NCBI GenBank assembly: GCA_964035545.1
Contig: OZ037766.1
Location: 6,624,722 to 6,688,721 of the forward strand
Length of the DNA: 64,000 nt
Direction: 5' to 3'
Origin: Bugula neritina
Taxonomy: Eukaryota; Animalia; Bryozoa
Below are positions 12,424 through 32,000 of the stretch, in pieces (positions within the stretch are counted from its first letter, which is position 1; each line of letters starts with the position of its first letter). Made by a program: the position numbers and the translations under genes. The notes under the pieces are model-generated. The model was not told where the DNA came from. It ran no database searches and saw nothing but the letters and a program-made list of their open reading frames with translations.

Positions 12424-15412
12424 ATGGTTGTTATGGATGACCTAGAAATGGCTTACAACAACTGGACAGAATTCTGGGATCATTCTATTATTAATTCAGG
12501 TAATAAATATAACCTGATAAAGTGTCTAATTATCTTGAATATTCTTTTTATATATTGGCTGTGAAAATAATTAGTTGTTGTTCTGAGTTTTGTAGTAAAA
12601 AAACTTGCCAATCACACATCTCAATGTTTTTTTTTTCTATATATTATTATATCTTTACATGAGTAAAAATATGATATTTTATGCCATCAAGTCGTGTTTC
12701 AGATCCCCGTACAGCTGATTGGCTACTCATGCACTCACCATGGCCCACTTTGCAGCTCACAGCTCTTTACCTGCTAGTAGTCTATTCTGGACCAAAAATA
12801 ATGAAGAACAAACCAGCAATTGAAGCCAGGACAGCCTTGGCTCTTTACAATATAGCACTTGTAGCTTTAAATCTGTATATTTTCAGTGAAGTAAGTGAGT
12901 TTGTAGTCAACTCTGCTATGAACACAGTCTATGTTATCTTGGCAGGTTATATTGACATTCATTAATATTGTTTAATATTGTTAGTATATAACTAGTATTA
13001 ATGTAAATGAATATGAATATAATGCTCAATTCCAGAATTATTACACGTGCAGAATGTTTAGTGCCCAATTCTGTTGCAGCTACTTATCGGGACTACGAAG
13101 GCTGGATACAGTTACTCTTGTCAGCCTGTAGTCTACTCTACAGACGAGAATGAGATGAGGGTCAGTTTACTCGTAATTCTTATAGCTAGCTCAAAAGGAT
13201 TCTAATACTAGTTAATAATCATAACTTCTGAAATTAAAGTAGTTTTAAAAATAAAGGTTGTTTGCCCTTTAAATAGAGTCTCTGATGTAGAAAAAATACT
13301 GACAAAATTTGATTGATATTGTACTAGTGGCAAGTAAGTTTTGCTAATCAATATCATGTAGATGTGTTCAAACAGGCTTTCTTATACTTGAAACTAGCAG
13401 AGAATTAAAAGACTAAAAATTATGTAATTTTACAGGTCAATATTGATGAAATAACTGAAAATGTGTTTTGTCTCATGATTCGGTCGAATTTCCTACACGT
13501 TTAACCAAGAAAACCAACAACAATAACTTTATTTCCAAATGATTGCATTGTAAGCTTGTAACTTATGTTGCTGTTGTACTGTAGATAGCAAAGGCTTTGT
13601 GGTGGTACTACTTCTCCAAGTTCATAGAGTTCCTGGATACGATATTCTTCATTCTTCGTAAAAAGAATAATCAGATTAGTTTCCTCCATGTTTACCATCA
13701 CGCAAGCATGTTCTGTATCTGGTGGATTGGAATAAAGTGGGTAGCTGGTGGACAATGTAAGTCTTCAACTCCGCCACTAGGCTGACTAGCTCTAGTATAG
13801 GCAATGAGTGTATTATGTAATACTGATAGTCACTATGAGTATACTGATAGTCAGCCTAGCTCTACTATGCACTCTGTACTCACTAGGCTTATGTTACATA
13901 AAGGAAAGTACCTGTTTTCAAGTGATTAGGATTTTACCATTGGTTGTCTTGATTTATGGACACCTGCTTGTTCTAGTCACATTTATGTTTCACAGTTCAT
14001 CAGCAAAATTCCTTGCTTTGTAGCTAGCATAGGCAGAAATAGGTTTCAGCTTTCAATCCTCTTATCAACACCTGAAAAACTCATTATTTTTGCTTATGAT
14101 TAGTTTTTATGGTATTTTTTGGCATAAAGTATGAAGTTGCAATCATTCTACTATTTTTTCCTTGTCTGTGGTCATGTGACTCGGTTTCTGGTGTCAAATT
14201 TTGTAGCATTCTTTGGAGCACAGCTAAACAGCTTTATACACATTCTTATGTACAGCTACTACGGATTGTCAGCCTTGGGTCCAGCAGTGCAGAAGTATTT
14301 ATGGTGGAAACGTTACCTCACCAAACTGCAACTTGTATGTATAACTATTTACTACAGCATCTGTTAAGCTGATACATTTCTGCCTTGGAGTTGTATTTTC
14401 ATAGTTTATATTCATATCTGGCACCTTTTATCTTTTGTTTCCGTAATTGCAAGTCTTAGCTGTTGTGAGAAAAAATTTATGGACTCAAGAGAAAATTTCT
14501 AACTACTGTAGGTCAGCTCTCTTACTTCTAGTAGTTTGCACCACTTGACCAATAAAATAGTAGCTTTCTTATTAGTTGACCAATAAAACGATGGCTTCTT
14601 TACAAACTGACCCTTAAGTTACTTTGTCTATCACACATAGCTCTCTATTTCTCTAGAGAAGTGCTGTGGGATAGAAAACTGACACCTTTCACAGGTACTT
14701 GCTGTGTAGTGAAATATATCACATCTTCACTGTGCATAGAGTAAGCAAAGCATGTGTTATGTTGCAGGTTCAGTTTGTCATAGGATTTGCCCACTCTCTC
14801 CATTCACTGTACATCGAATGCGATTTCCCTAGATGGATGCAGTGGGCATTAGTATTCTACGCCATGTCAATTTTCTCTCTCTTCATGAACTTCTACTACC
14901 AGGCTTATATCAATTCAGCTAAGAAGAAGGTATGCAAACCAGTTGTTTTATAAAATGTGTTGATTGGAAAGCAGCTGTGACCATTTAGAATAGGGGACAA
15001 CTCCCATGCCCTTGTATAATATGCATAATAATAATTATAAAGGTGTTGCAGGGTTGAAACTCAAAGTGGTTATTAGTGTTAAATATAGTATTTAGTTGTA
15101 ACTTCTACAGTTTTATATGGTCTTGACTATGTGCATAATTTTATGTTATCTGTTTTTAAACATCACCTTTACTTTCCCAAACAAGTAAGGATATGTTGTG
15201 TACAAGTGTAAATAACACATGTTTTAGTACATACTACACATGTGATTACATGTAAATGGCGCATGTTTGAATACATACTACACATGTGTGGGTATCGCTA
15301 ATGAGATCACTAATAGAAGGTCAAAGTTGTATATTTTTTTCTGTTTGTTTAGAAAGCCAATAAGAATGTTTCCAATGGAACTGGCCATCATACCAAAGAA
15401 CATAAAGAATAA
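12424..15412 (+). CDS. ELOVL4: Elongation of very long chain fatty acids protein 4-like, 288 aa; exons 12424-12499, 12703-12890, 13080-13160, 13585-13756, 14207-14334, 14768-14929, 15353-15412
   Basis: [66 protein letters not shown]. Internal exon sizes 188/81/172/128 match the ELOVL4 pattern as recalled. Confidence 0.93.
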
Positions 15413-16656
15413 AAATTTCTGGTTTGTAACCTAGAGTCCCACTCAAACACAATCCATTTTATGTTTTCTCTGTGATTTTCTACTGTCTTATTTAAGGAGT
15501 CTTTGTAATTGAGTTTTTTATTAGATTTGTAAATAATATTATACATGCTCTGAACTTAGAATGCTATCTTGTGTTAGGATCATATCGAGATGGAAAATAC
15601 TTACAGTTTGAACCCAATTCATGAAATCTTTGTAAGAATTGGTGTGAATTACATAAAAAAGCGATCTTTTTTATTTTTTCACTTCTGATTAGTTGCAATC
15701 TTTTCTTCATACTAGTTTACTTCTACAGTTATATTCTGCACATTTTTATTGCTCTGTTTATTTTTCACAATATCTGTTTTGAGACTTTATATTGCTCACA
15801 TTCATACATCATGACTGTTGTTGGTTTCACTTTTTAATTTTATTGTTAATTATTTTGTCAAACTTTTGTGTGTGTTCATTGCTTTTTAACAATCACTTGC
15901 TTTCTGTGATGATAAAATAAACCTCACTATACTCAGCTAGCTGACACAGCCTTTCTACAATGTAAACTTATACCTACCGGGAAGCATTCAACAATAAAAA
16001 AGCCATTACTAATCATAATTTTTAATCAAAAATTTGTCAATGTTGAATATAAAAAAATGATTATGTGCGAAAACGTATAAGGTCTAATTGGATATATATA
16101 ATATTTACTATCACATGGGGTAAAAAGATTGTATATAATAAATAAATCATAAGCAAATGAATATCAAAACATACCAGGCTGTCAGAAATACAAAAATATA
16201 TATTCAGATTAGCGCTCTGTATTCTAATTGATGCATATATGGAAAAGCATAGAGATATGTAACTGCGGCTCAAGAGACATTTATGTAACAGCAACTAAGA
16301 TATATTAAAAGCAATTTAATATAACTATAGCCATACGACATAAAAACTTGGCAATTTTACTAAAGATATACTATAGGCTATAAATAAAATTTTAAACAAG
16401 ATCATCAAGTTATCAATAGTTATGTTTGTAATGATGTTAATATTTTGTATACAGAATTTGAGTCAAATTTAATATTCAACAGCATAATTTCTGTAAAATA
16501 TAATCAATGGGTTCAGTTACACATTCCAGAAATTCCCTTTTGTTTTGAAAAGTGTATAGCATCAAAAGTTTATTCATTAGAATATAAATTTACTAAAGCT
16601 GTTCATGCTATAACGTATTATTGAGCAAGATATTAAGATAGTCATCTGTTCTTTCA

Positions 16657-23530
<6,874 letters not shown>

Positions 23531-26053
23531 TGTTTGATTGGTTTCTAAAATTTTGCTTGTTCAAGATAAGGAACCCTATGAGTAGGCGTTTCGCTAACAA
23601 CTAAGTTAAGCAGGTGATAGATTAAATAAAATGTTTGCTTTTTCAAGCAGGTATAAGTATTCTAAATGGCTGTCTTTAGTACGTATCTGCTACAGGTGTT
23701 AGCTACCCTGAAGTTCACTCTAACACGACTGGCTGCTCAATGATCACAAAACTGTGAACCAAGCTTTTTAAACATTCCATAGTTTTCCAATACGAGTTCA
23801 TAAAACTTCTTTACTTCATCAATATTTATACATATTTATAAGAACAGGCGAGGCGAAGCAAGACATCAAGAAATTGAGTTATTTGAATATTATTTGTTGT
23901 GCTTGACAGATTTCACTCTTTCATTTTAGGCATGTTTTTAGTGCATGAATAATTATCAAACATGATTCACCTATGATAATTGTGGAATAATATACAAAGT
24001 AGAATGATCCACATAAAAGTTTTGAAATTCAATCGATTTATGTAATTATTAATTGGCCATCAGATAAGATATTCAGTAAAACCACCTTTATGAAAAATGA
24101 GTTAAATTCTGCAAAGCATGTTATGGTATTTTCTTTGTGTTAATAGAAACTGTAAATTATTATGGATCAGAATGTAACATAATCTTACAGGTTTATGTTG
24201 TAAATTACTTGGAAACTTTGCAGCTGCTATCTGTATAACAACAGAAAAGCATTAATTAAGGAGTTTTTGATGAAGAAAAGCTAACATGTAACATTAGTTA
24301 ATATAGTATTGGCAAACAGATTATAATCATAAGGAAAACACTGCTGTTAATATCTCATTTTCCTTTGCCATGACCAGCAATAATGAATGTTCTTTAAAAC
24401 ATGGGAAATAACTCCTAAATGTTGTTGGTCTTGTTATAGAACCGCTGCACGTGTACAGTTCACAAAATTAATGTAGATGTAAGGCGCCATTCTTTTAGCT
24501 AACTTAAATAAAAAATGGTTTATTAAGCCTTGGGCTGATGTAAATAGGTATTGAACTAGCTCATCAATTATATTTTGCAATAACCTTTAACACTACATAT
24601 TTATTGCTCATATGAGTTAAGTAGCTTATTTTTTATAAGCCAGTACTAATAACATAATCCAAGTGAACAAAAAAATTCTCTGCTGCTTTGAAGTTGTCAC
24701 CTTCATTTTTCTCATGTGATCAGTAATTTTGAATGCTTGTTTGATTTTTTTATTTGGTTCAACAGTGATAAAGTATAATTGTATAAACAGAGATAGAAAC
24801 CCCATAAAAACAACTGAGTTCATTAGTTAGAGCTAAAACAGACTCTTGCAACTGCAGCAAGTTTCAAGTGTTATAACTCAATTACACTTTGACTGGTTCC
24901 GATATATTCTCAGAATAGAAAAACTTTTTATAAATGATGATAGTTTGGGCTTCTGTTTTTAGTGAAGGTTTAGTGTATAATGTAGCTGAGTGTTTCTGAT
25001 TCTTTTGGCATTGATGAAAGAAATGTTGATAATGTAGACGAATGTTTATTAGATTTCCTGAATGCAGATACAAGTTCTCTCATATGAAAAGCCATCCTTG
25101 TGACATCAGTTTCTTCTTAACACCATAGAAGTGGCAAAATACCCAAATTTAACACTAATTCTCATATAATATTTGACCTACTCAGTCAAGAACAGCTACT
25201 ATACTGATAATGACTGATCCAAAAACATTCGATAACATTGATCACAAGCTTAAGATATATTATAGCAGTTTTCAAAAAAATTACAAATATATCAAATTCT
25301 ATTTATTATCTAGAAAGTGTGCTTTTTCACTAACTTCTGAAGAATCAACATAATAACACCTGGCTATTACTTTTCGTATTAAATTGACATATAATGGCGA
25401 TAACAATATTTTTTATTCAACAAAAACAGCGGAAAAAGATTTAAAATGCTGATAAATTTTGTTAAACTATAACATGGGAGATAACTCCCAAAGGTGTCTA
25501 TTTTGTTTTGAAAGTGTTGTATGTATACAATTCACTGAAATAGAAATGCAAAGCTAGCGTTCTCTAAGCTAACACACACGCATATGTAATAATAAATGTG
25601 CAAAATTAAAAAAACTTCAATAGGTTCTTTAATTCTTTTTATTCACGAAAAGTATTACTTGTACAAACTCAATACATAAAAATATTATATAGTATAGCAA
25701 GTTCACAAAATACCAGGAAGTTATAAAATTAGTTATTTTATCCAGTAACCTTAATTTTTATTCAAAACTGGGCAAAAAACTAAAATAACATTTGATAAGC
25801 AAACCTATAGGGTATTCATTGAACAGTTGATACAAAACTGCATATCTACCAACTGTATATTACATCAAATAATACACAAAGCCAAATAAGATTTAAATGC
25901 ATAACTGCTCTATGAAATATTAGCACCTGGTTGTTTACATGCTATTCAAAATGCTACTGACAAGCACGTACTAATACAATAATATAGAGAGAGTATAAAA
26001 ATATATATTACAGAGAGTATGATACAAATATTACAGAAAATATACAGCATGAC

Positions 26054-29000
26054 TCAGAAGTCTATGCTAACCCCAGAGCTAGTCTGGCCACAGGATTTAG
26101 CTTTCACAGGATCTTCCTGAGACCGACTGACAGTTTCCGAGAGGTCAGGTGGCAAATGCATCTTCTACACATAAGAAGTATATAATACTATAATGTAATA
26201 ATAATAATAATAATAATAATAATAGAACATTCAGCATTACAATGTATAAGTTACTGCATGTGTTGGTTATAGTAATTTACATGTTAGCAATGAAGAAAAC
26301 AATACTACACAGTGTAGATGTAAGTAATGTGCTACAGGGTCTAGAATGTCGGTAACAATTATAAAAAAATACATAACTTTAATTTTAAAAACGTGCAAAG
26401 ACAATATAATTTATTACCAGAATATAAAGGGAATACAATAGTATGCACCATAGATCAAGTTTTTTTTCCAATTTTGTTCATGCCTACTTATTATAGCGAG
26501 TATTTACACTGAATTCCCCAGCGTGTTTTCATGTCTGTGATATGCAATAAATAAATCAATCAATCAATAAATCAATAACCTCCATATAAAGCACATACAC
26601 TTTAATAGTACACATGTACATTGTAAGTCATACTATTACGTACTTACCTCAATAGTAAGCTTCTTTCTTTTCAATTTGAACACCCAATCCATGGTGTCAG
26701 GTAGGTGACACACTAGGCTGTTGATACATGGTAACTTCTTGATGTTTACTAATCCTACAGATAGGTTACTCATGTATACAGATAGGTTACTCGTGTATAC
26801 AGATAGGTTACTCATGTATACATATAGGTTACTCATGTATGCAGATAGGTTACTCATGTATACAGATAGGTTACTCATGTATACAGATAGGTTACTCATG
26901 TATACAGATAGGTTACTCGTGTATACAGATAGGTTACTGGTGTATACAGATAGGTTACTCATGTATACAGATAGGTTACTCATGTATACAGATAGGTTAC
27001 TCATGTATACAGATAAGTTACTCATGTATACAGATAGGTTACTCATATATACAGATAGGTTACTCATGTATACAGATAGGTTACTCATGTATACAGATAG
27101 GTTATTCATGTATACAGATAGGTTATTCATGTATACAGATAGGTTATTCGTGTATACAGATAGGTTACTCGTGTATACAGATAGGTTACTCATATATACA
27201 GATAGGTTACTCATGTATGCAGATAGGTTACTCATGTATACAGATAGGTTACTCATGTATACAGATAGGTTACTCATGTATACAGATAGGTTACTCATGT
27301 ATACAGATAGGCTATTCGTGTATACACTGAGCATTGACTAAACATACTTTCCAAAAACAAAACTAGAAATGCAGATTTTTTTATATAACAGACTTAAAAC
27401 TCAACAGCATAAAAGAGTTAAATCAATTTCATAGCAAAAAATCAGATTTTTCTGCCAGTTTTTGTGTTAAAGATATAATATCAATGACTAAAAACGTTTA
27501 GAAGTTTTTGATGAAGAAGATTTTGACATCTAAAGTTGTTTTGACTTTCTGTGTCGATTAACCAATCACAGCATTGTAGGCCTACTAACTTTTGAACTTG
27601 CAGCAGAGTGATTTGCCTTGCTGTTTCTAACACTTATGATTACAAATTATACAATACATTATTCTAGCATACAAATATCATTGTCAAGCAAATAATCTAT
27701 CAGTAAAATCTATCACAATTGCATGTTTATAGGCATACAACCTGATAATTTTTTAGGCAATTTTACTAAAACACCATTAGTAACTCCCATGAGTGGAAAT
27801 GCTACATTTTTATTCTCACCGTGAAATTCCTTGAAAGCTGGATTTTTAGAATATTTTTCTGTGTTATCAGCGAATGAAATCAGCTGTATTGCACTGTCTG
27901 AGCAACGCACCAGAGGCCCAATATCCTGTAACAATAGCGGGCCAGTTCAGCCAGGATATATACAGACATTAGAAAGTCTTCACAGGATGAGACAGAACAC
28001 AGTCTTGTCTTTAGCTTAGCTAGATGCATCCAACATTTTCTCCTTTTAATATAGTCATAATTAATTACCAAATATTACGATACTTCTGCCTGACTTCCAA
28101 CCAGGAAAGAAGCTAATTATTCCACAAAAAGACAAAGGGGAAGCAGGCTATAAACATGGGATGCATACAGCTGGGCAGAGGCTACAAAATGGTCAGTATG
28201 AATAGATATTATGTCAGCTGGACAACAGATGTAATTAAATGCACATGCACTTCCATTTTAATCAACCCAATTATTACATAACATACATGATAACAAATGA
28301 GCTACTTTCCAGTCTAATTAATATGCTAATAAAAATCTTCAATCAACTCAACGAGATTAACATAATTGCTAACAGAGGAAAGAGGAATCCCTACCAGTGT
28401 TTCCTCCTTCCAGAAACACCACCCAAAATAGTACCAGAACATTATTGTTCCTTGACTTTGTGGGTGAAAAAACAGGATTTGATGAAATTAACAAGTATGA
28501 GTAACAAAAGAGAAAAAGCAATTTTTTTCAATTGCAACACGAATGCTAATTTAGAGTTTGATATCTGCTTTTTGAAATTTATTAGAGGGTTGATTATTTG
28601 AGGTTGAACCTAAAACATGTAAAAAATTCTAAAGCAAGAGCAACATGGTGAGAATATCAGAAAAGCTTTAAAAACACAACAGAGATTTATTATTGTCGTA
28701 TTTTTTGTTCAATCTTTTCCCAGAAGTCATTTACTTTTGAATTCAGTGAAATTAACACAGCCAATAGAGGGGTTTCAGACATCCCTCCAGAGGAATTTGT
28801 ATTTTAAAGTTGTCTCCCCCTACAGGTATTAGGGGCAGTCTCAATGATATATAGAAGGCCCATAAAATAAGTAGAGATGTATGGTTTGAGTGAAGACTAC
28901 TACTAGTATAAGTTTCATTTTTTCTGAGATTAATATTTTGGCATAGGTACACATATGAGCAGTTTCAGAAATTTTTTAAAAAATTTTGTTAATGATAAAT

Positions 29001-32000
29001 GGCACAAAAAGAAAACTTCAAAGCATATTTGTGGTTTTGGTTATTGAGCAAATCTGAAGCTGGCAGCTGTCATTATTATTTGCTTTGCTGACTGTAACCA
29101 GTCTGGCTAGAGCTGCTAACCTTTCAACTCTTAGAACAATAATAACATGCTCGTACACTATATAGCTGCACTAGTGGGCTCTGTCTTACTGAACTCCAAA
29201 TGCTCCAAATTATGGGTTGGAACACATGCCTGTACGTTTATGAAGGCACTGGCTCATTTGTATTAACATGTTCACGTACTTACACACCTATACTATGAAA
29301 ATAACTAAGCCACCCTACTATCTAATATTTCTATATATCAAAAAAACTATTATAAATATAAAGATATGTATTAAAATAGATAGATTAAGTTTGTTATTTT
29401 AAACAACATCTTATCTAAAAATGCCAAACACTGTATAACTATATATATTTTTTAAAAGCATTTGTTTACATGGCATGCCTGCAAGTCAATGAAAATATTT
29501 AAAGAACAGTAAAAAGAAGCATATAAATTTCAGAATAGTTTCTTCTTTTCTGAGATAAATATTTTGGAAATGTTCCACAATTCAACATTTAAATTAAGTC
29601 TGTAAAAGAATTTTTCACAGTGTATTTTCAATGAATAATTATTCTTGCAAGCTGGTTTGTGTTTGTTCTGGCATGCCATTTTACAGTGGTCTAGTTAACT
29701 AGGTCAAAGTTCATTGAGGTGGAATTGTTTTATTAACCTCCTTGTGTTGATAAAATACTATCATTGGATTTAGAGCTTCTCTAAGCAACTTCGCAGTCTG
29801 ATTAAATATCTGCGATACCTGCCTATTAGACAATCCAAACCTAAAAAATAATATACTAAATCTTTGTATTACATGTATGGATGAAAAATAATGCAACAAA
29901 TTGGCTAAAGCATGTTCAAGTAATGTGAAAAACTCGAAATATAAATGAGTCAAACTAGAGCTAGTCAAGTGTGTGGTGTTTTTGGCCGATTTATATGTGT
30001 TGTTTAATCAGCTTATTATGTAGTGATGTAATCCTATATAATGTAATTTAAGTTAGACAGCTAAAGTTGGACAGTTCTCATCGTGCACTTTCTTGAATAA
30101 GCAGTTATGTAATATAGAGAGACAGCTACTCAACAGAGAGCTTCAAGCAAACAAAATTCTTGCGCAAGGTTGATTGAATACAAAACAGCTGCTGTTATTC
30201 TTATAGCAGCATGCATTGTATAAGAGATAGCCTGATGGTTCACATAGTTTACATACAGTGACATACCACTGAAAATTATTAGAAACCACAGAAAAGATAG
30301 AAAGGAGAGAATGCTGGCACAAAGGAAGTATAGCAATGCGGTCAAATATATGGCTGAAAACTGACCTAGAGATAAGTAAGTACAAAATGTACATAATATA
30401 GCTAAATCAGTAAAGCCAAATGATTTGATATAAAAAGTATTATCTGGGAATTTAGTGAAACTTAGTAGCATTATTTAGAACTCCACCTTTGAGCAAGATC
30501 CGTATGGAGTAAAGCCAATCTTAATTTCATTAGTGTCATAAGAATGCAGTCATTATGACATAGTTCGTTCTTTCTATACTTTACAGCTGGTACTAAATGT
30601 ACATTTCAACTTTTTTTTGAAAACAAAATAAGTTGCTTTGGCTGAAAAGTGCTTTTTTTGATGATTTTTTTCTGCAATGCAGCAGTATACAATTTACAAT
30701 GCTCCAAAAACATTTCTTAGTTAGGAATGTTGGTATACAAACAGCTTGCAAGAATAGTTATTTATTGAAAATACACTGTGAAATTTTTTTTTTACAGACT
30801 TAATTTAAATGTTGAATGGTGGGACATTTCCAAAATATTTATCTCAGAAAAGAAGAAACTATTCTGAAATTTATATGCTTCTTTTTACTGTTCTCTAAAT
30901 ATTTTCATTGACTTGCAGGCATGCCATGTAAACAAATGCTTTTAAAAAATATATATAGTTATACAGTGTTTGGCATTTTTAGATAAGATGTTGTTTGAAA
31001 TTACAAACTTAATCTATCTATTTTAATACATATCTTTATATTTATAATAGTTTTTTTGATATATAGAAATATTAGATAGTAGGGTGGCTTAGTTATTTTC
31101 ATAGTATAGGTGTGTAAGTACGTGAACATGTTAATACAAATGAGCCAGTGCCTTCATAAACGTACAGGCATGTGTTCCAACCCATAATTTGAAGCATTTG
31201 GAGTTCAGTAAGACAGAGCCCACTAGTGCAGCTATATAGTGTACGAGCATGTTATTATTGTTCTAAGAGTTGAAAGGTTAGCAGCTCTAGCCAGACTGGT
31301 TACAGTCAGCAAATCAAATAATAATGACAGCTGCCAGCTTCAGATTTGCTCAATAACCAAAACCACAAATATGCTTTGAAGTTTTCTTTTTGTGCCATTT
31401 ATCATTAACAAAATTTTTTAAAAAATTTCTGAAACTGCTCATATGTGTACCTATGCCAAAATATTAATCTCAGAAAAAATGAAACTTATACTAGTAGTAG
31501 TAGTCTTCACTCAAACCATACATCTCTACTTATTTTATGGGCCTTCTATATATTATGGAGACTGCCTCTAATACCTGTAGGGGGAGACAACTTTAAAATA
31601 CAAATTCCTCTGGAGGGATGTCTGAAACCCCTCTATTGTACTCAGATGATTGATTACCATTGTCTGGGAGAATAAATTTAGACCATTAGCTAAATTCCTG
31701 CAGTCCTAGATAATACAGGTGCATTTTTTGTCGCCTAAATATTTGAATTTTAATTTCCTTAACCAATCATTTCCCCCCATGTGTATAGACTTGAATTCAG
31801 AGCTTCTACACGTTGTACCAATAATATACCTGCACTATTAAACTACACTCTAGATAAGAATGGAATACGACTGTATAAATTATAGAAGTACTGCTGAATG
31901 AAGGTGTAATAAAATAACACTCACATCTAGTAAATGTCCAGGTACTGTTACTAGGCAGGTGGCATAAGACCTCCGCAACAATGCTCTTAAAGCGAACAGG

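Noticed and set aside
26636-27341. Long repetitive ORFs of 163-232 aa and a CRISPR-like appearance
   Set aside because: A stop-free 21-bp minisatellite with no unique spacers; only 26648-26754 is a real ELP4 exon.
28752-31675. Twin ORFs starting MYLCQNINLRK on opposite strands
   Set aside because: Produced by the inverted arms; no recognisable protein motif, and their C-termini differ outside the element.
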